Assembly (NCBI RefSeq): GCF_009914755.1
Contig: NC_060943.1
Length of the DNA stretch: 64,000 bases
Reading direction: 5' to 3' (one strand)
Source of the DNA: the human T2T-CHM13v2.0 reference genome, Homo sapiens
Of the stretch, positions 35,864 through 64,000 are shown one piece after another; positions within the stretch are counted from its first letter, which is position 1; each line of letters opens with the position of its first letter. The notes under the pieces were generated by a model. The model was not told where the DNA came from. It made no database searches and saw only the letters and a program-made list of their open reading frames with translations. A program made the translations under genes and the position numbers.

Positions 35864-36475
35864 CATGAAGGACATTTTCTCCGGTATTCACTGTGAGAAC
35901 CTCATAGGGTTCCTGGAGGTAAAACTCTTAGAAAAGTGCAGAGGCTCCCCTTAGACTGGGCCCCCTGGAATTTTTAATTCTCAGATTGCTCCACCCTGAG
36001 CCTCCAGGAATTCATTCGTTAGACTTCATGTTTTCCTATCCTGGTACTGGTTCCCACAGGGGTTTCTGGTCATGGGTTTCTGTTGCAGTAGTTTTGATTC
36101 TCTGTATCCACCTGCCTGTGTCAACAAATCTTAGGGCAGTGGTTTGCCCTGTGACCCCACTCCTCTAATGGATATAAGAAGAAGTGTTAATTGTTTCTTT
36201 GTTCAGTATTCACTTTCTGTTAAGATGGAGTGATGAGTTCCAAGTTTCTTACATGCTTGACTGGAAACTGGAAGTCCCAGAGAACATTTCTTTAGAGATG
36301 AGGTCTCACTATGTTGCCCAGGTTAGACTTGAACTCTTGGGCTCAAGTGATCCTCCCACATCAGCCTCCTGAGTATCTGGGATTATAAGCATGTGCCATA
36401 GCACCGGCTCAAAAACCTACTTTTAATAATGTTCATCCTCTGCAAGCTGAGACTTTCTTTATGACCCAACATATG
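35864..36475 (+). repeat. Local ~610-bp direct duplication, copy 1 (old repeat fragment plus Alu monomer)
   Basis: Aligns end to end with 38108-38719; paired ORFs 35986/38273 and 36184/38427. Confidence 0.95.
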
Positions 36476-37237
36476 TGTGGGGTTCCCAGTTTACATGATA
36501 TTTACAAACACGTTGACTTTACTGGATGCTTATACGTCCTCATTTCATTGTGCTTAAAGAGGAAACTGTAGCTCAGAGAGGTTAAGTACGTTTTGAAATG
36601 CCACAACTAGTAATGGTAAACCTGGGTCCCTAAAGTCACGAGAGAGAATTATGAGAGTATGATAGGAAACTTCAAAGGTACCGAAGGCAGAAACTGCTAA
36701 CAGCATTGGTCTCTGAGGAGTGCAAACGAGCAAATGAGGGGGGAGGTAAAAGGAGGGGAAGGAGATTTTTATTTTTAATTTTCAAAAACCATGTGCTGAA
36801 AGTTTTATGCTTTGCATGCATATCTCTAATAATTTAGGGTGAATTTGGGTTGGGCAAATACCCAGGAGAGTGACCAATGGCAAGACAAGACAATGAGAGA
36901 GGTAAGCATGAGTCCTATGGGATGCATAGAGTGAGTCCTTAATTCTCTATCAGTGAGGGAAGTTGGAAGCAGGGTGGGAAGGTTGGGAGAAAGAGAAACC
37001 CTGAAGGGAACTAAGTTACTGGGAGCAGGTGCTGGTAGGTGAGTCATGCTGTGGAAGCCTGTTTGCACTGTTTCAAGGAGTGACTCTTTGGTTGGATGAA
37101 AAAGGGACGCCGTGGGTGTAGGTAGAGAAGGTGCTGGAGGGGAAGGCAGGCCCAGGTAGCAAAGGGCCTTGTGGGACAAGCTGGGAGCCTGGGTTTCATC
37201 CTAGCGGTGGTGGGGAGTCGTTCAATAATTTTTTTGG

Positions 37238-37568
<331 letters not shown>

Positions 37569-38107
37569 CATCACTCAATAATTTTAAGCAGTGAAACTCA
37601 TGACCAGATTTGCATTCTTCTAAAACCAGGCCCCACTCTGTGATCCTGGCGTGTCTTCCCAGACACCCGGGACTATCACAGTCACCACTGCAGCAGGGCA
37701 GCGTTTTCCAGCACACTATTATCACCTTGCTCATGTGTTTATTTACTTTGCAAAAATATTGGTTTGTTAGTGTCAGAGACAATTCCCCATGGATCTCTTG
37801 CTTTTTTGCTGGCCTGGCAGTGAGGCATTGACTGTCCTTTTGTTCCACACTCTTTTCAAGGATGTTTGTGTAGTGTACTGCCTTGGAAGACAGAGGTAAG
37901 GTTTCCCTTTAGAGCAAAGAATACTTGTTTACTGTCCTGTATAAAAATAATACTCTCTTCCTCCAGGTCATTTAGGCTCTGATAAAACCCTAATAATTTA
38001 GATTCTGGTAAAATGCTTTCTCTTAATGGCAGAGCTTGTTAAGAAGAACAGAATACTCTGGTGTGTTTCACAGCGGTTACTTTCCCCCTTCCCACTTCAT
38101 GCCAGAC

Positions 38108-38719
38108 CATGAAGGAGATTTTTCTCCCATATTCACTGTGAGAACCTGATAGGGTTCCTGGAGGTAAAACTCTTAGAAAAATGCAGAGGCTCCCCTTAGA
38201 CTGGGCCCCCTGGAGTTTTTAATTCTCAGACTGCTCCGCCGTGAGCCTCCAGGAATTCATTCATTAGACTTCATGTTTTCCTGTCCTGGTACTGGTTCCC
38301 ACAGGGGTTTCTGGTCATGGGTTTCTGTTGCAGTAGTTTTGATTCTCTGTATCCACCTGCCTGTCTCTCGAAATCTTAAGGGCAGTGGTTTGCTCTGTGA
38401 TCCCACTCCTCTAATGGATGTAAGAATTGTTAATTTTCTCTTTGTTCAGTATTCACTTTCTGTTAAGATGCAGTGATGAGTTCCAAGCCTCTTACATGCT
38501 TGACTGGAAGCTGGGAGTCCCAGAGAACATTTCTTTAGAGATGAGGTATCACTATGTTGCCCAGGTTAGACTTGAACTCTCAGGCTCAAGTGATCCTCCC
38601 ACATCAGCCTCCTGAGTATCTGGGATTATAGGCATCTGCCATAGCACCCAGCTCAAAAACCTACTTTTAATAATAATCATCCTTTGGAAGCTGAGACTTT
38701 CTTTATGACCCATCATATG
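38108..38719 (+). repeat. Local ~610-bp direct duplication, copy 2
   Basis: See copy 1 at 35864-36475. Confidence 0.95.
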
Positions 38720-38794
38720 ATCAATTTAGCATAAATGTTTAACATAGACTTGAAAAAAATGTATGTTCTACCACTGATGAGAGAGAGATATTTA

Positions 38795-41760
<2,966 letters not shown>

Positions 41761-42059
41761 CCATGGGCAACACAGTGACCTCACCCTGTGTCACAGGGCC
41801 AGGTACACAGAGGTACTGAGTAAACATTTTAGTTTTCATTAAGTGGATAAATAAAACCAAAACCTATTATTTACCACTCTCCTTTAACACCTCTCTAAAA
41901 GCAGAAAGAGATACCTCCATGAGGGACTTTGTGACACTTTGGGCAAAACTAATGCTGGCACTAGTTTGGATGCATCAGCGAATGCTGGACTTCTCACGTT
42001 GAGGATTCTCCAGGTGCCCTCCTTGGGCTCATTTCTTCCATGGAGATAAAAGAGAACAG

Positions 42060-44797
<2,738 letters not shown>

Positions 44798-45080
44798 ACC
44801 TGGCCACTTCTTCATTCTTGTTGGCTTTGAGTCACCAGAAAAAAAGTAAATTCTGCATCCTTATGTGGCCTATTGAATCTAAAATTACTTGTTGACTAGT
44901 TTCATCCCTTTTCTTCTAATGTATAATGTCACCTTTCTCATATATCAGTTTGCCATTATTAGCTTTATCTGTTGATGGACTCCTGCCAGGCAGGAGTGAG
45001 CAGCTCTGCCGCACGGGCTGGAGACCCCGCCCTCGGTGCTCAGCTGCCACTGCCTCGTGACAACGATGCTGAAAGAGCGA

Positions 45081-47370
<2,290 letters not shown>

Positions 47371-47703
47371 GAGACATGCACCGAAGGTTGCTGTATGACC
47401 TGGTCCCCTTCTAGACGTGAATCAGTGCGAGGGCCCAGGACAGCAGAAGAGGTGTGAGGCCATCCTGTGACAAGGGAGCCACAGGGTGTCCAGACCCAGC
47501 GGGAGCCGAGGATTCAGGAAAATCTCCCCAGTCAGCTCCAGAGGTGCCCACAGTGTGAGCTCTAGTGTCTCCCAGGTAGAGGCCAAAGCGTCACCTGCCC
47601 GGCCCTGGGGGTGGAAGTGGAGTAGACGGCACTCCTATCTGGGCAACCGAGTAAGACCCTGTCTCTGAAGAAGTACATACATTTACTTAGACTCCTCTGT
47701 CTT

Positions 47704-47824
47704 TGTCATATATATACATATATGACATATATGAGATATACATATTATATATATGATATATATATGATATACATATATAAAATGTCATATATATGTGTCA
47801 TATATATATGACATTTTATATATA
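47704..47824. repeat. TA-rich low-complexity tract containing a perfect 22-bp inverted repeat
   Basis: Arms at 47773-47794 and 47802-47823 with a 7-nt spacer. Confidence 0.9.
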
Positions 47825-47825
47825 G

Positions 47826-55720
<7,895 letters not shown>

Positions 55721-55741
55721 CAACAAGAAAACATTTACCAG

Positions 55742-56293
55742 TTTTGTACCCAAGCGAGTTAGAGAAACGCTACACTTGGAGACAAATTCAGGAATCCTTT
55801 ATTAGCTGGCGACCGAGAGACGGCTAACGCTCGAAATTCTCTCGGCCCCGAAGAAGGGGCTTGATTTTCTTTTATACGTTGGTTTAGAGAGGGGAGGGGG
55901 GGAATCTAGCTGTAACAATCTTTCAGAAGTAAAACAGATAAAAAATTAAAAAGACAAATGGTTACAGGAGAACAAAGTATTCCAGGTGCAGGGGCTTTAA
56001 ATTCATCATAAGGTGATAGGCGTGAGGGCTCTGCCGGACACAAACACGGGGGCTTTATGGCACTATCTCCTGAGCGAATTCCTGGGAACTACGGACATTG
56101 ATTGCCACAGTACCTTATCAGTTAATTGGACTCTCTGATATGCTGAGAGTCAGCTTACACGAGTTAACTCCTTGAGGAAGGGGGTCGGTAAGGAGTCCTG
56201 GATGTCTTGCAAATGAAGGAGCCAAATGGAGTCCGTCCGGTTTTCTCAGCTAAGGGAGAGTCTATTCATATTAAAACAAGGTTAGGTATTACA
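55742..56293 (-). mobile_element. Solo ERV1 LTR, LTR6-like (HERV-S71 family, likely LTR6B)
   Basis: 552 bp with a 4-bp TSD CCAG (55738-55741 and 56294-56297). The minus strand begins TGTAATACCTAACCTTGTTTTAA..GACTCTCCCTTAGCTGAGAAAACCGGACGGACTCCATTTGGCTCC and has AATAAA near its 3' end. Confidence 0.75.
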
Positions 56294-56585
56294 CCAGGAC
56301 AACAGCAATAACATGAAAGCATTCTTTTATTGAATAAATACTATTCAAGTTCTGTATTTCCATGGATTAGTTAATTAAATCACAAAATCACCTTAAGATG
56401 TCAGTCTCGTAAGAAAACTATGGCTCAGGGAGAGAGACAGAAAGAGATTTTCTAAGTGCTGTATGGCAGTGTGAGGAGTTTATCTCTGCAGGGCTTTGGC
56501 AACAAATGGAAACTGGTTCTGTTCGGAGATGGGCAACCACGGATGTACGCTGCTCAGATCTTCCTGTAAGAAAGGAAGCCCACTG

Positions 56586-57294
<709 letters not shown>

Positions 57295-57577
57295 CCCACG
57301 GGTCAGCCACAGAGCATAGTTAGCTTTACTTTAGCTGTAATGCCTTCAGGATCTGTCATAGCCTGGGAGACCAGATCGTGCACTTCCTGGCCAATGACCT
57401 GGACATTTCTTCCAAACGCAGGACTCCTCAAGTGGAAAATCTTTGTTGTGAAGCACCCTTTGAGGTTTGCCAAGATTTTCTTTCAGCTCTGAATCATAGT
57501 CTGAGTATTTTTCTGCCCACCTCAGCTTCTCTCTGTCAAGCAAAACTGACATATCTGGAAAGTAAGAAAATAAACCA

Positions 57578-58500
57578 GGCCACATGCAGTGGCCCATGCC
57601 TGTAATCTCAGCACTTTGGAAGGCCAAGGCCAGAGGATCATTTGAGTCCCAGGGTTTGAGACGACCCTGGGCAACACAGGAAGACCCTATCTCTACAAAA
57701 AATGTTAAAAGTTAACCAGGCGTGGTCAAGTGTGCCTGTGGTCCCAGCTGCTTGGGAGGCTGAGGTGGGAGGATCGCTTGAGCCTGGGAGTTGAGGACCA
57801 GCCCAGCCTGGGAAACAGCGAGACCCTGTCTCCACAACAAACAAAATAAGTTGGGTGTAGTGGCACACACCTGTAGTCTCAGCTACTTGGGAGGCTGAGG
57901 TTGGAGAATCGCTTGAGCCTGGGAGATCAAGGCTGCATAGAGCCAAGATTGCACCACTGAGCTCCAACCTGGGTGACAGAGCAAGACCCTGTCTCAAAAA
58001 AAAAGAAGAGGAAGAGGAAGAAGAGAGAAAGAAAGAAAGAAGGAAAGAAAGAAAGAGAGAAAGAGAGAAGGAGAGGGGAGGGGAGGGGAGGGAGAAGAAG
58101 AAAGTTCCCTCATCTATCAAGAAACTGGACCTGCCAAAGAGTAACACAGTTGCCTTCCCTGAAATTTCCTTAACCCTAGAAGATTAAAATTCACATCACA
58201 AGGCCGGGTGCGGTGGCTCATGCTGGTAATCCCACACTTTGGAAGGCCGAGGTGGGTGGATCGCCTGAGGTCAGGAGTTCAAGACTAGCCTGGCCAACAT
58301 GGTGAAACCCCGTGTCTACTAAAAATACAAAAATTAGCCAGGCGTGTTGGCATGCGCCTGTAGTCCCAGCTACTCGGGAGGCTGAGGCAGGAGAATCACT
58401 TGAACCCAGGAGGCGGAGGCTGCAGTGAGCTGAGATCGCACTGGAGATTGGACTCCAGCTTTGGCAACAAGAACAAAACTCTGTCTCAAAAAAAAAAAAA
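57578..58500 (+). mobile_element. Alu cluster (AluJ-like composite 57578-58005, AluS 58202-58500)
   Basis: Alu consensus motifs. Confidence 0.9.
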
Positions 58501-58634
58501 AGAGAAAGAAAAACTTACATCACAGAGAAAAAGGCTGAAAATAAAACACCACAACTGAAAGCCAGGCAAACTGCATCCCAAACCACTGTCTGCTCTCCAT
58601 CTTATTCAACTGGCAAAGAAAATTATTTACTAAC

Positions 58635-59051
58635 TTTCACTCGCATCCGTGTGAAGACACCACCAAACAGGCTTTGTGTGAGCAACAAGGCTGTTTATTT
58701 CACCTGGGTGCAGGCGGGCTGAGTCTGAAAAGAGAGTCAGCGAATGCAGATAGGAGTGGGGCTGTTTTATAAGATTTGGGTATGTAAAGGAAAATTACAG
58801 TCAAAGGGGGAGGTTGTTCTCTGGCTGGCAGGAGTTGGGGGTCACAAGGTGCTCAATAGGGGAGCTTTTGAGCCAGGATGAGCCAGGAGAAGGAGTTTCA
58901 CAAGATAATGTCATCAGTTAAGGCAGGAACAGGCCATTTTCATTTCTTTTGTGGTGGAATGTCATCAGTTAAGGCAGGAACCGGCCATCTGGATGTGTAC
59001 GTGCAGGTCACAGGGGATATGATGGCTTAGCTTGGGCTCAGAGGCATGACA
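58635..59051 (-). mobile_element. HERV-H 3' LTR (LTR7)
   Basis: Minus strand TGTCATGCCTCTGAGCCCAAGCTAAGCCATCATATCCCCTGTGACC...GCGAGTGAAA, with the polypurine tract AAGAAGACAGAAA adjacent at 59052-59064. Confidence 0.96.
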
Positions 59052-62000
59052 TTTCTGTCTTCTTATATTAATAAGAAAAAACGAAATAGGGTTGAAGTGT
59101 TGGGGCAGTGAAAATTTTGGGGGGTGGTATGGAGAGATAATGGGCGATGTTTCTCAGGGCTGCTTTGAGCAGGATTGGGGTGGCATGGGAACCTAGAGTG
59201 GGAGAGATTAAGCTGAAGGAAGATTTTTGTGGTAACAGTTGATATTGTGGGGTTGTTAGAAGAAACATTTGTCATATAGAATTATTGGTGATGGCCTGGG
59301 TACGGTTTTGTATGAATTGAAAAAAGAACGGAATAAGACAAGGAGAAAAACAGGTATTAAAGGACTAAGAATTGGGAGGACCTAGGACATCCAATTAGAG
59401 AGTGCCTAAGGAGGTTCAGCATAGCCCTGCCAGCAAAGATTATTTGTTTACTTTAAGAGGGAGTTAAGAGTGGCAGTTTGGGGATAGCACCAGGAGATAT
59501 CCGCTGCGATGGTTTGGAGAAACAGTGTAAACCAGCAGTGTAAACAAGAGCAGGGCATTTATGAGTAGTTGAGAACGGTGAGTAGGAGTTGACTAGACAG
59601 AAGATAGTAAGGATGACAAGTTTTTTGGGGCGCAGTCCAAGTTGGTCTGGTGTCTGGAATGAGACTGGGGCCTAATAAAAAGGATTGTCCATACAGGAGT
59701 TCAAATGGGCTGTAACCTGCAGCATTTCGAAGACAGGCCCGAATTCTGAGAAGGGAAAGTGATAAAAGTACTGTCCAGTCCTTTTTAAGTTGGTGACTGA
59801 GTTTGGTGAGGTGTGTTTTTAAAAGACCATCAGTTCACTGAATACTAAGAGCCTGAGAAACTCCTTGGGTGATTTGACTAATAAAGGCCGGTCTGTTATA
59901 GGACTGTATAGAGGTGGGAAGGCCAAACCAAGGAATTATGTCTGACAGAAGGGAAGAAATGACCGTGGTGGCCTTCTCAGACCCTGTGGTAAAGGCATCT
60001 ACCCATCCAGTGAAAGTGTCTACCCAGACCAAGACGTATTTTAGTTTCCTGACTCGGGGCATGTTGAGTAAAGCTAATTTGCCAGTCCTGGGTGGGGGCA
60101 AATCCTCAAGCTTGATGTGTAGGGAAGGGAGGGGGCCTGAATAATCCCTGAGGAGTAGTAGAACAGCAGATGGAACACTGAGAAGTGATTTCCTTGAGGA
60201 TAGATTTCCACGATGGAAAGGAAATGAGAGGTTCTAAGAGGCAGGCTAGTGGCTTGTACTATAGCATAGCCTGCCTTTGCCGGTGTGTGGCGATTAGGCC
60301 TGGTGGAACTGCCATCAATAAACCAAGTGTGACCAGGGTGAGGAACAGGAAAGAAGAAATATGGGGAAATGGGGTGAATGTCAGGTGGATCAGAGAGATG
60401 CAGTCATGGGGGTCAGGTGTGGTATCAGGAATAATGTGGGAGGCCGGATTGAAGTCCGGGCCAGGAACAATGGTAATTGTGGGAGACTCAACAAAGAGTG
60501 AGTACAGCTGAAGGAGCCGGGGAGCAGAAAGTATATGTGTCAGGTGTGAGGAAGAAAATAGATTTTGGAAATTATGAGAACCATAGAGAGTGAGATGAGC
60601 AGAGTTTGTGATTTTGAGGGTCTCTAAAAGTATTAGGGTGGCAGTGGCCGCCACATGCAGACATGAGGGCTAGGCAAAACAGTAAGGTCAAGTTGTTTGG
60701 ATAAAAAGGGTACAGGACGCGGTCCCAATTCTCGTGTAAGAATTCCGACTGCACAGCCCTGTACTTCGGCTGTGTGTAATGAAAAGGGTTGGGATGAGTC
60801 AGGGAGAGCTAGGGTAGGAGCAGTCTCTAAAGCTGTCTTCAAGGAACGGAAAGAGGAGTGGGGAAAGGATTTAGGATCTATGGGGTCAGCTAGGTTTCCT
60901 TTTGTGAGTTTATATAATGGTTTTGTTAGGATGGCAAAACCAGGTATCTAAAGTCAAAAGTATCCAACCATGCCTAGGAAGGAAAGGAGTTGTTTTGTAG
61001 AAGGTGTTGGGGTTTGAGAGATCAGTCGGACACGATTGGCAGGGAGAGCATGGGTGTTTTTATGAGAATTATGCCAAGATAGGTAACAGATGAGGAAGAA
61101 ATTTGGGCTTAACTGAAGTAATGGGGGCTGTCTGTGAAGCCTTGCGGCAGTACAGCCCAGGTAATTTGCTGAGCCTGATGGGTGTCAGGGTCAGTCCAAG
61201 TGAAAGCGAAGAGAGGCTGGGATGAAGGGTGCAAAGGAAGAGTAAAGAAAGCATGTTTGAGATCCAGAATAATGGGTTGTGGAGGGAGGTATTGAGGATA
61301 GGAGAGTATATGGGTTTGGCACCACAGGGTGGATAGGCAAAACAATTTGGTTGATAAAGCACAGATCCTGAACTAACCTGTAAGCCTTGTCTGGTTTTAG
61401 GACAGGTGAAATGGGGGAATTGTAAGGGGAGTTTATAGGCTTTAAAAGGCCATGCTGTAGCAGGAGAGTGATAACAGGCTTTAATCCTTTCAAAGCGTGC
61501 TGTGGGATGGGATATTGGCATTAAGTGGGGTAAGGGTGATTAGGTTTTAATGGGATGGTAAGGGGTGCATGATGGGTCGCTAAGGAGGGAGGAGAGGTGT
61601 CCTATACTTGTGGGTTAAGGTGGGGGGATACAAGGGGAGGATGTGAAGGAGGCTTTGAACTGGGGAAAAGGGCAGCAATGAGGTGTGGCTGTAGCCCAGG
61701 AATAGTCAGGGAAGCAGATAATTTAGTTAAAGTGTCTCGGCCTAATAAGGGAACTGGGCAGGTGGAGATAACTAAAAGGAGTGCTTTAAAGAGTATCGTC
61801 TAAGTTGGCACCAGAGTTGGGGAGTTTTAAGAGGTTTAGAAGCCTGGCTGTCAATACCCACAACAGTTATGGAAGCAAGGGAAACAGGCCCTTGAAAAGA
61901 AGGTAATGTGGAGTGGGTAGCCTCTGTATTGATTAAGAAGGGGACGGACTTACGGTGCACTGTGAGAGTTACCTAGAGCATCTGTGACGGTCCAGGAGGC

Positions 62001-63857
62001 TTCTGAGATGATCGGGCAGTGTCAGTCTTCAGCTGCTAAGCCGAGAAGATCTGGGAAGGAGTCAGTCAGAGATCCTTGGGCCAGAGTTCTAGGGGCTCTG
62101 GAAGTGGCTGCCAGGTGAGTTGAACAGTCCGATTTTCAGTGGGGTCCCACACAGATGGAACAGAGCTTGGGAGGAATCCCAGGCTGTGGGCATTCCTTTG
62201 CCCAGTGGCCAAATTTCCAGCACTTGTAGCAAGTTCCTGGGGGAGGAGGTTCTGGAGGAACCCCTGGCTGCTGCGGTTCAGGCATTTGGAGTTCTTGCGT
62301 GCTGGAGATGTGGCTGGGGTTTCTCTCACAGTGGAGGTAAGGAATTGCAACTCAGAAATATATTGTTACTTAGCTGCCTATACTTTATTATTGTACACAT
62401 TGAAGGCGAGGCTAATTAAGTCCTGTTGCGGGGTTTGAGGGCCGGAATTTAATTTTTGGAGTTTTATTTAATGTCAGGAGCAGACTGGGTAATAAAATGT
62501 ATATTGAGAATAAGACGGCCTCTTGACCTTCTAGGGTCTAGGGCTGTAAAGCATCTCAGGGTTGCTGTCAAACGAGCCATGAACTGGGCTGGGTTTTTAT
62601 ATTTCATGAAAAAGAGCCTAAACGCTATCCAATTTGGGATAAAGAAAAAGGAACATTAACCTGGACTATGCCTTTAGCTCCAGCCACCTTTTTAAGAGGA
62701 AATTGCTGGGCAGGTGGGGGAGGGCTAGTCACAGAACAAAACTGTAAGCCGGACCAGGTGTGAGGAGGGGAGGTGATAAAAGGATTGTAGGGTAGGGGAG
62801 CAGAGGCTGAGGAAGAATTGGGACCTAGCTCAGCCTGGTGAGGAGCAGCCTTGGGGAGAAGGGGAGAGGTCAGATGGGTCTGTAGAAAAGGAAGATTGGA
62901 AAGAGGAAAGACTCAGCAATGCTTGGGGTTGGGACTGAGGGACAGGCAGCAGGGAAAGAAGGAAGATTTAGGACGAGTTGCATTGGGAACAGAGACTAGG
63001 GAGGGACCGATGTGTAAAAGAATGCCTGGACATCAGGCACCTCAGACCGTTTGCCCATTTTACGGCAAGAATTATTTAGATCTTGTAGGATGGAAAAATC
63101 GAAAGTGCTGTTTTCTGGCCATTTAGAGCCATTGTCAAGTTGGTATTGGGGCCAAGTGGTGTTGCAGAAGAAAACAAGGGGTTTAGGTTTTAGGTCAGGT
63201 GTGAGTTGAAGAGGTTTTAAGTTTTTGAGAACACAGGCTCAGGGAGAAGAGGGAGGAATGGAGGGTGGAAGGTAGCCCATAGTGAAGGAGGCAAGCCCAG
63301 AGAAAAGAGAGAGTAGAGACACAGAAGGGGTGGGGGGTGATTACCCCCCAGGAAAGTGGAGAAGGGGTAGAGACATGGAGAGAAGGGGTTGGGGGGTTCT
63401 TGCCCCCCAAAAAAGTGGTACTTGCTGCTAAGGGTGAAGGACCAAGGCAGGCATCCCCACATGGTCAGACACCTCTGAAATGTGGGTGAATAATCAGGCA
63501 GGCGTCCCCACACAATTAAACACCAAGGGAAGACTGTCTTCCCGAGTCTGTGACTGGTGCCGGAGTTTTGGGTTCACGGATAAAACGCGTCTCCTTTGTC
63601 TCTACCAGAAAAGGAAAGGAACTGAAATTAAGAGAAGGGAGAGATTGAAGTGTGAAGCCAAGATTGAAAGGAGAAAGAGGTTGAGGGATAGTGAGAGGGG
63701 TTGGAGAAGAGAGTAAAAAGAGACCGCTTACCTGATTTAAAATTGATGAGATGTTCCTTGGGCTGGTCAGTCTGAGGACCTGAGGTCATAGGTGGATCTT
63801 TCTCGCGGGACAAAGAGCAGGAGGACAGGGGATTGATCTCCCAAGGGAGGTCCCCCG

Positions 63858-63875
63858 ATCGGAGTCATGGCACCA
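63858..63875 (-). other. Primer-binding site, tRNA-His
   Basis: TGGTGCCATGACTCCGAT, two mismatches to the His PBS TGGTGCCGTGACTCGGAT. Confidence 0.92.
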
Positions 63876-63880
63876 AAATA

Positions 63881-64000
63881 TTTCACTCGCGTCCGTGTGA
63901 AGAGACCACCAAACAGGCTTTGTGTGAGCAACAGGGCTGTTTACTTCACCTGGGTGCAGGCGGGCTGAGTCGGAAAAGAGAGTCAGGGAACGGAGATAGG
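63881..64000 (-). mobile_element. HERV-H 5' LTR (LTR7), U5/R end; truncated by the window edge
   Basis: Direct repeat of 58635-58755. Confidence 0.96.

Larger units (their letters stand above)
58635..64000 (-). mobile_element. HERV-H provirus, common deleted type (~4.8 kb internal region), non-coding
   Basis: Two LTR7 copies, a His PBS and a PPT. Decayed pro (FLINTEATHS), RT ([23 protein letters not shown]; [15 protein letters not shown]) and integrase (YVLVWVDTFTGWVDAF) peptides, with frameshifts throughout. Confidence 0.97.

Noticed and set aside
59835-62350. HERV-H gag/pro/pol ORF fragments as functional genes
   Set aside because: They are short and frameshifted; the protease motif is mutated (NTEA), the integrase is degenerate and env is largely deleted.

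Overview
Human (primate) genomic DNA from the IGF-like (IGFL) cytokine cluster, recognised as chr19q13.32 from the IGFL1 protein sequence. The one intact protein-coding gene is IGFL1 (+ strand, 4 exons, CDS 15198-16253, 110 aa, secreted and Cys-rich). Two unprocessed IGFL pseudogenes lie on the minus strand: an IGFL1-like copy at ~45.1-47.4 kb (probably IGFL1P2) and a decayed IGFL4-like copy at ~34.6-35.7 kb. The ORF track shows only a fragment of the IGFL4-like copy, and I do not recall it being annotated. The window also has a full-length RPL12 processed pseudogene, a ~19 kb-offset segmental duplication bracketing IGFL1, and several small local duplications. Repeats include a HERV-H provirus at the right edge, solo LTRs (MER51-like, LTR6-like, MaLR), ERV-L pol remnants, and many Alus and old L1 fragments. 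A 362-bp insert of unknown origin with a perfect 15-bp target-site duplication interrupts an L1. Most ORF-track entries are Alu, L1 or simple-repeat noise. Repeat subfamily names and paralog protein sequences are from memory and need database confirmation.
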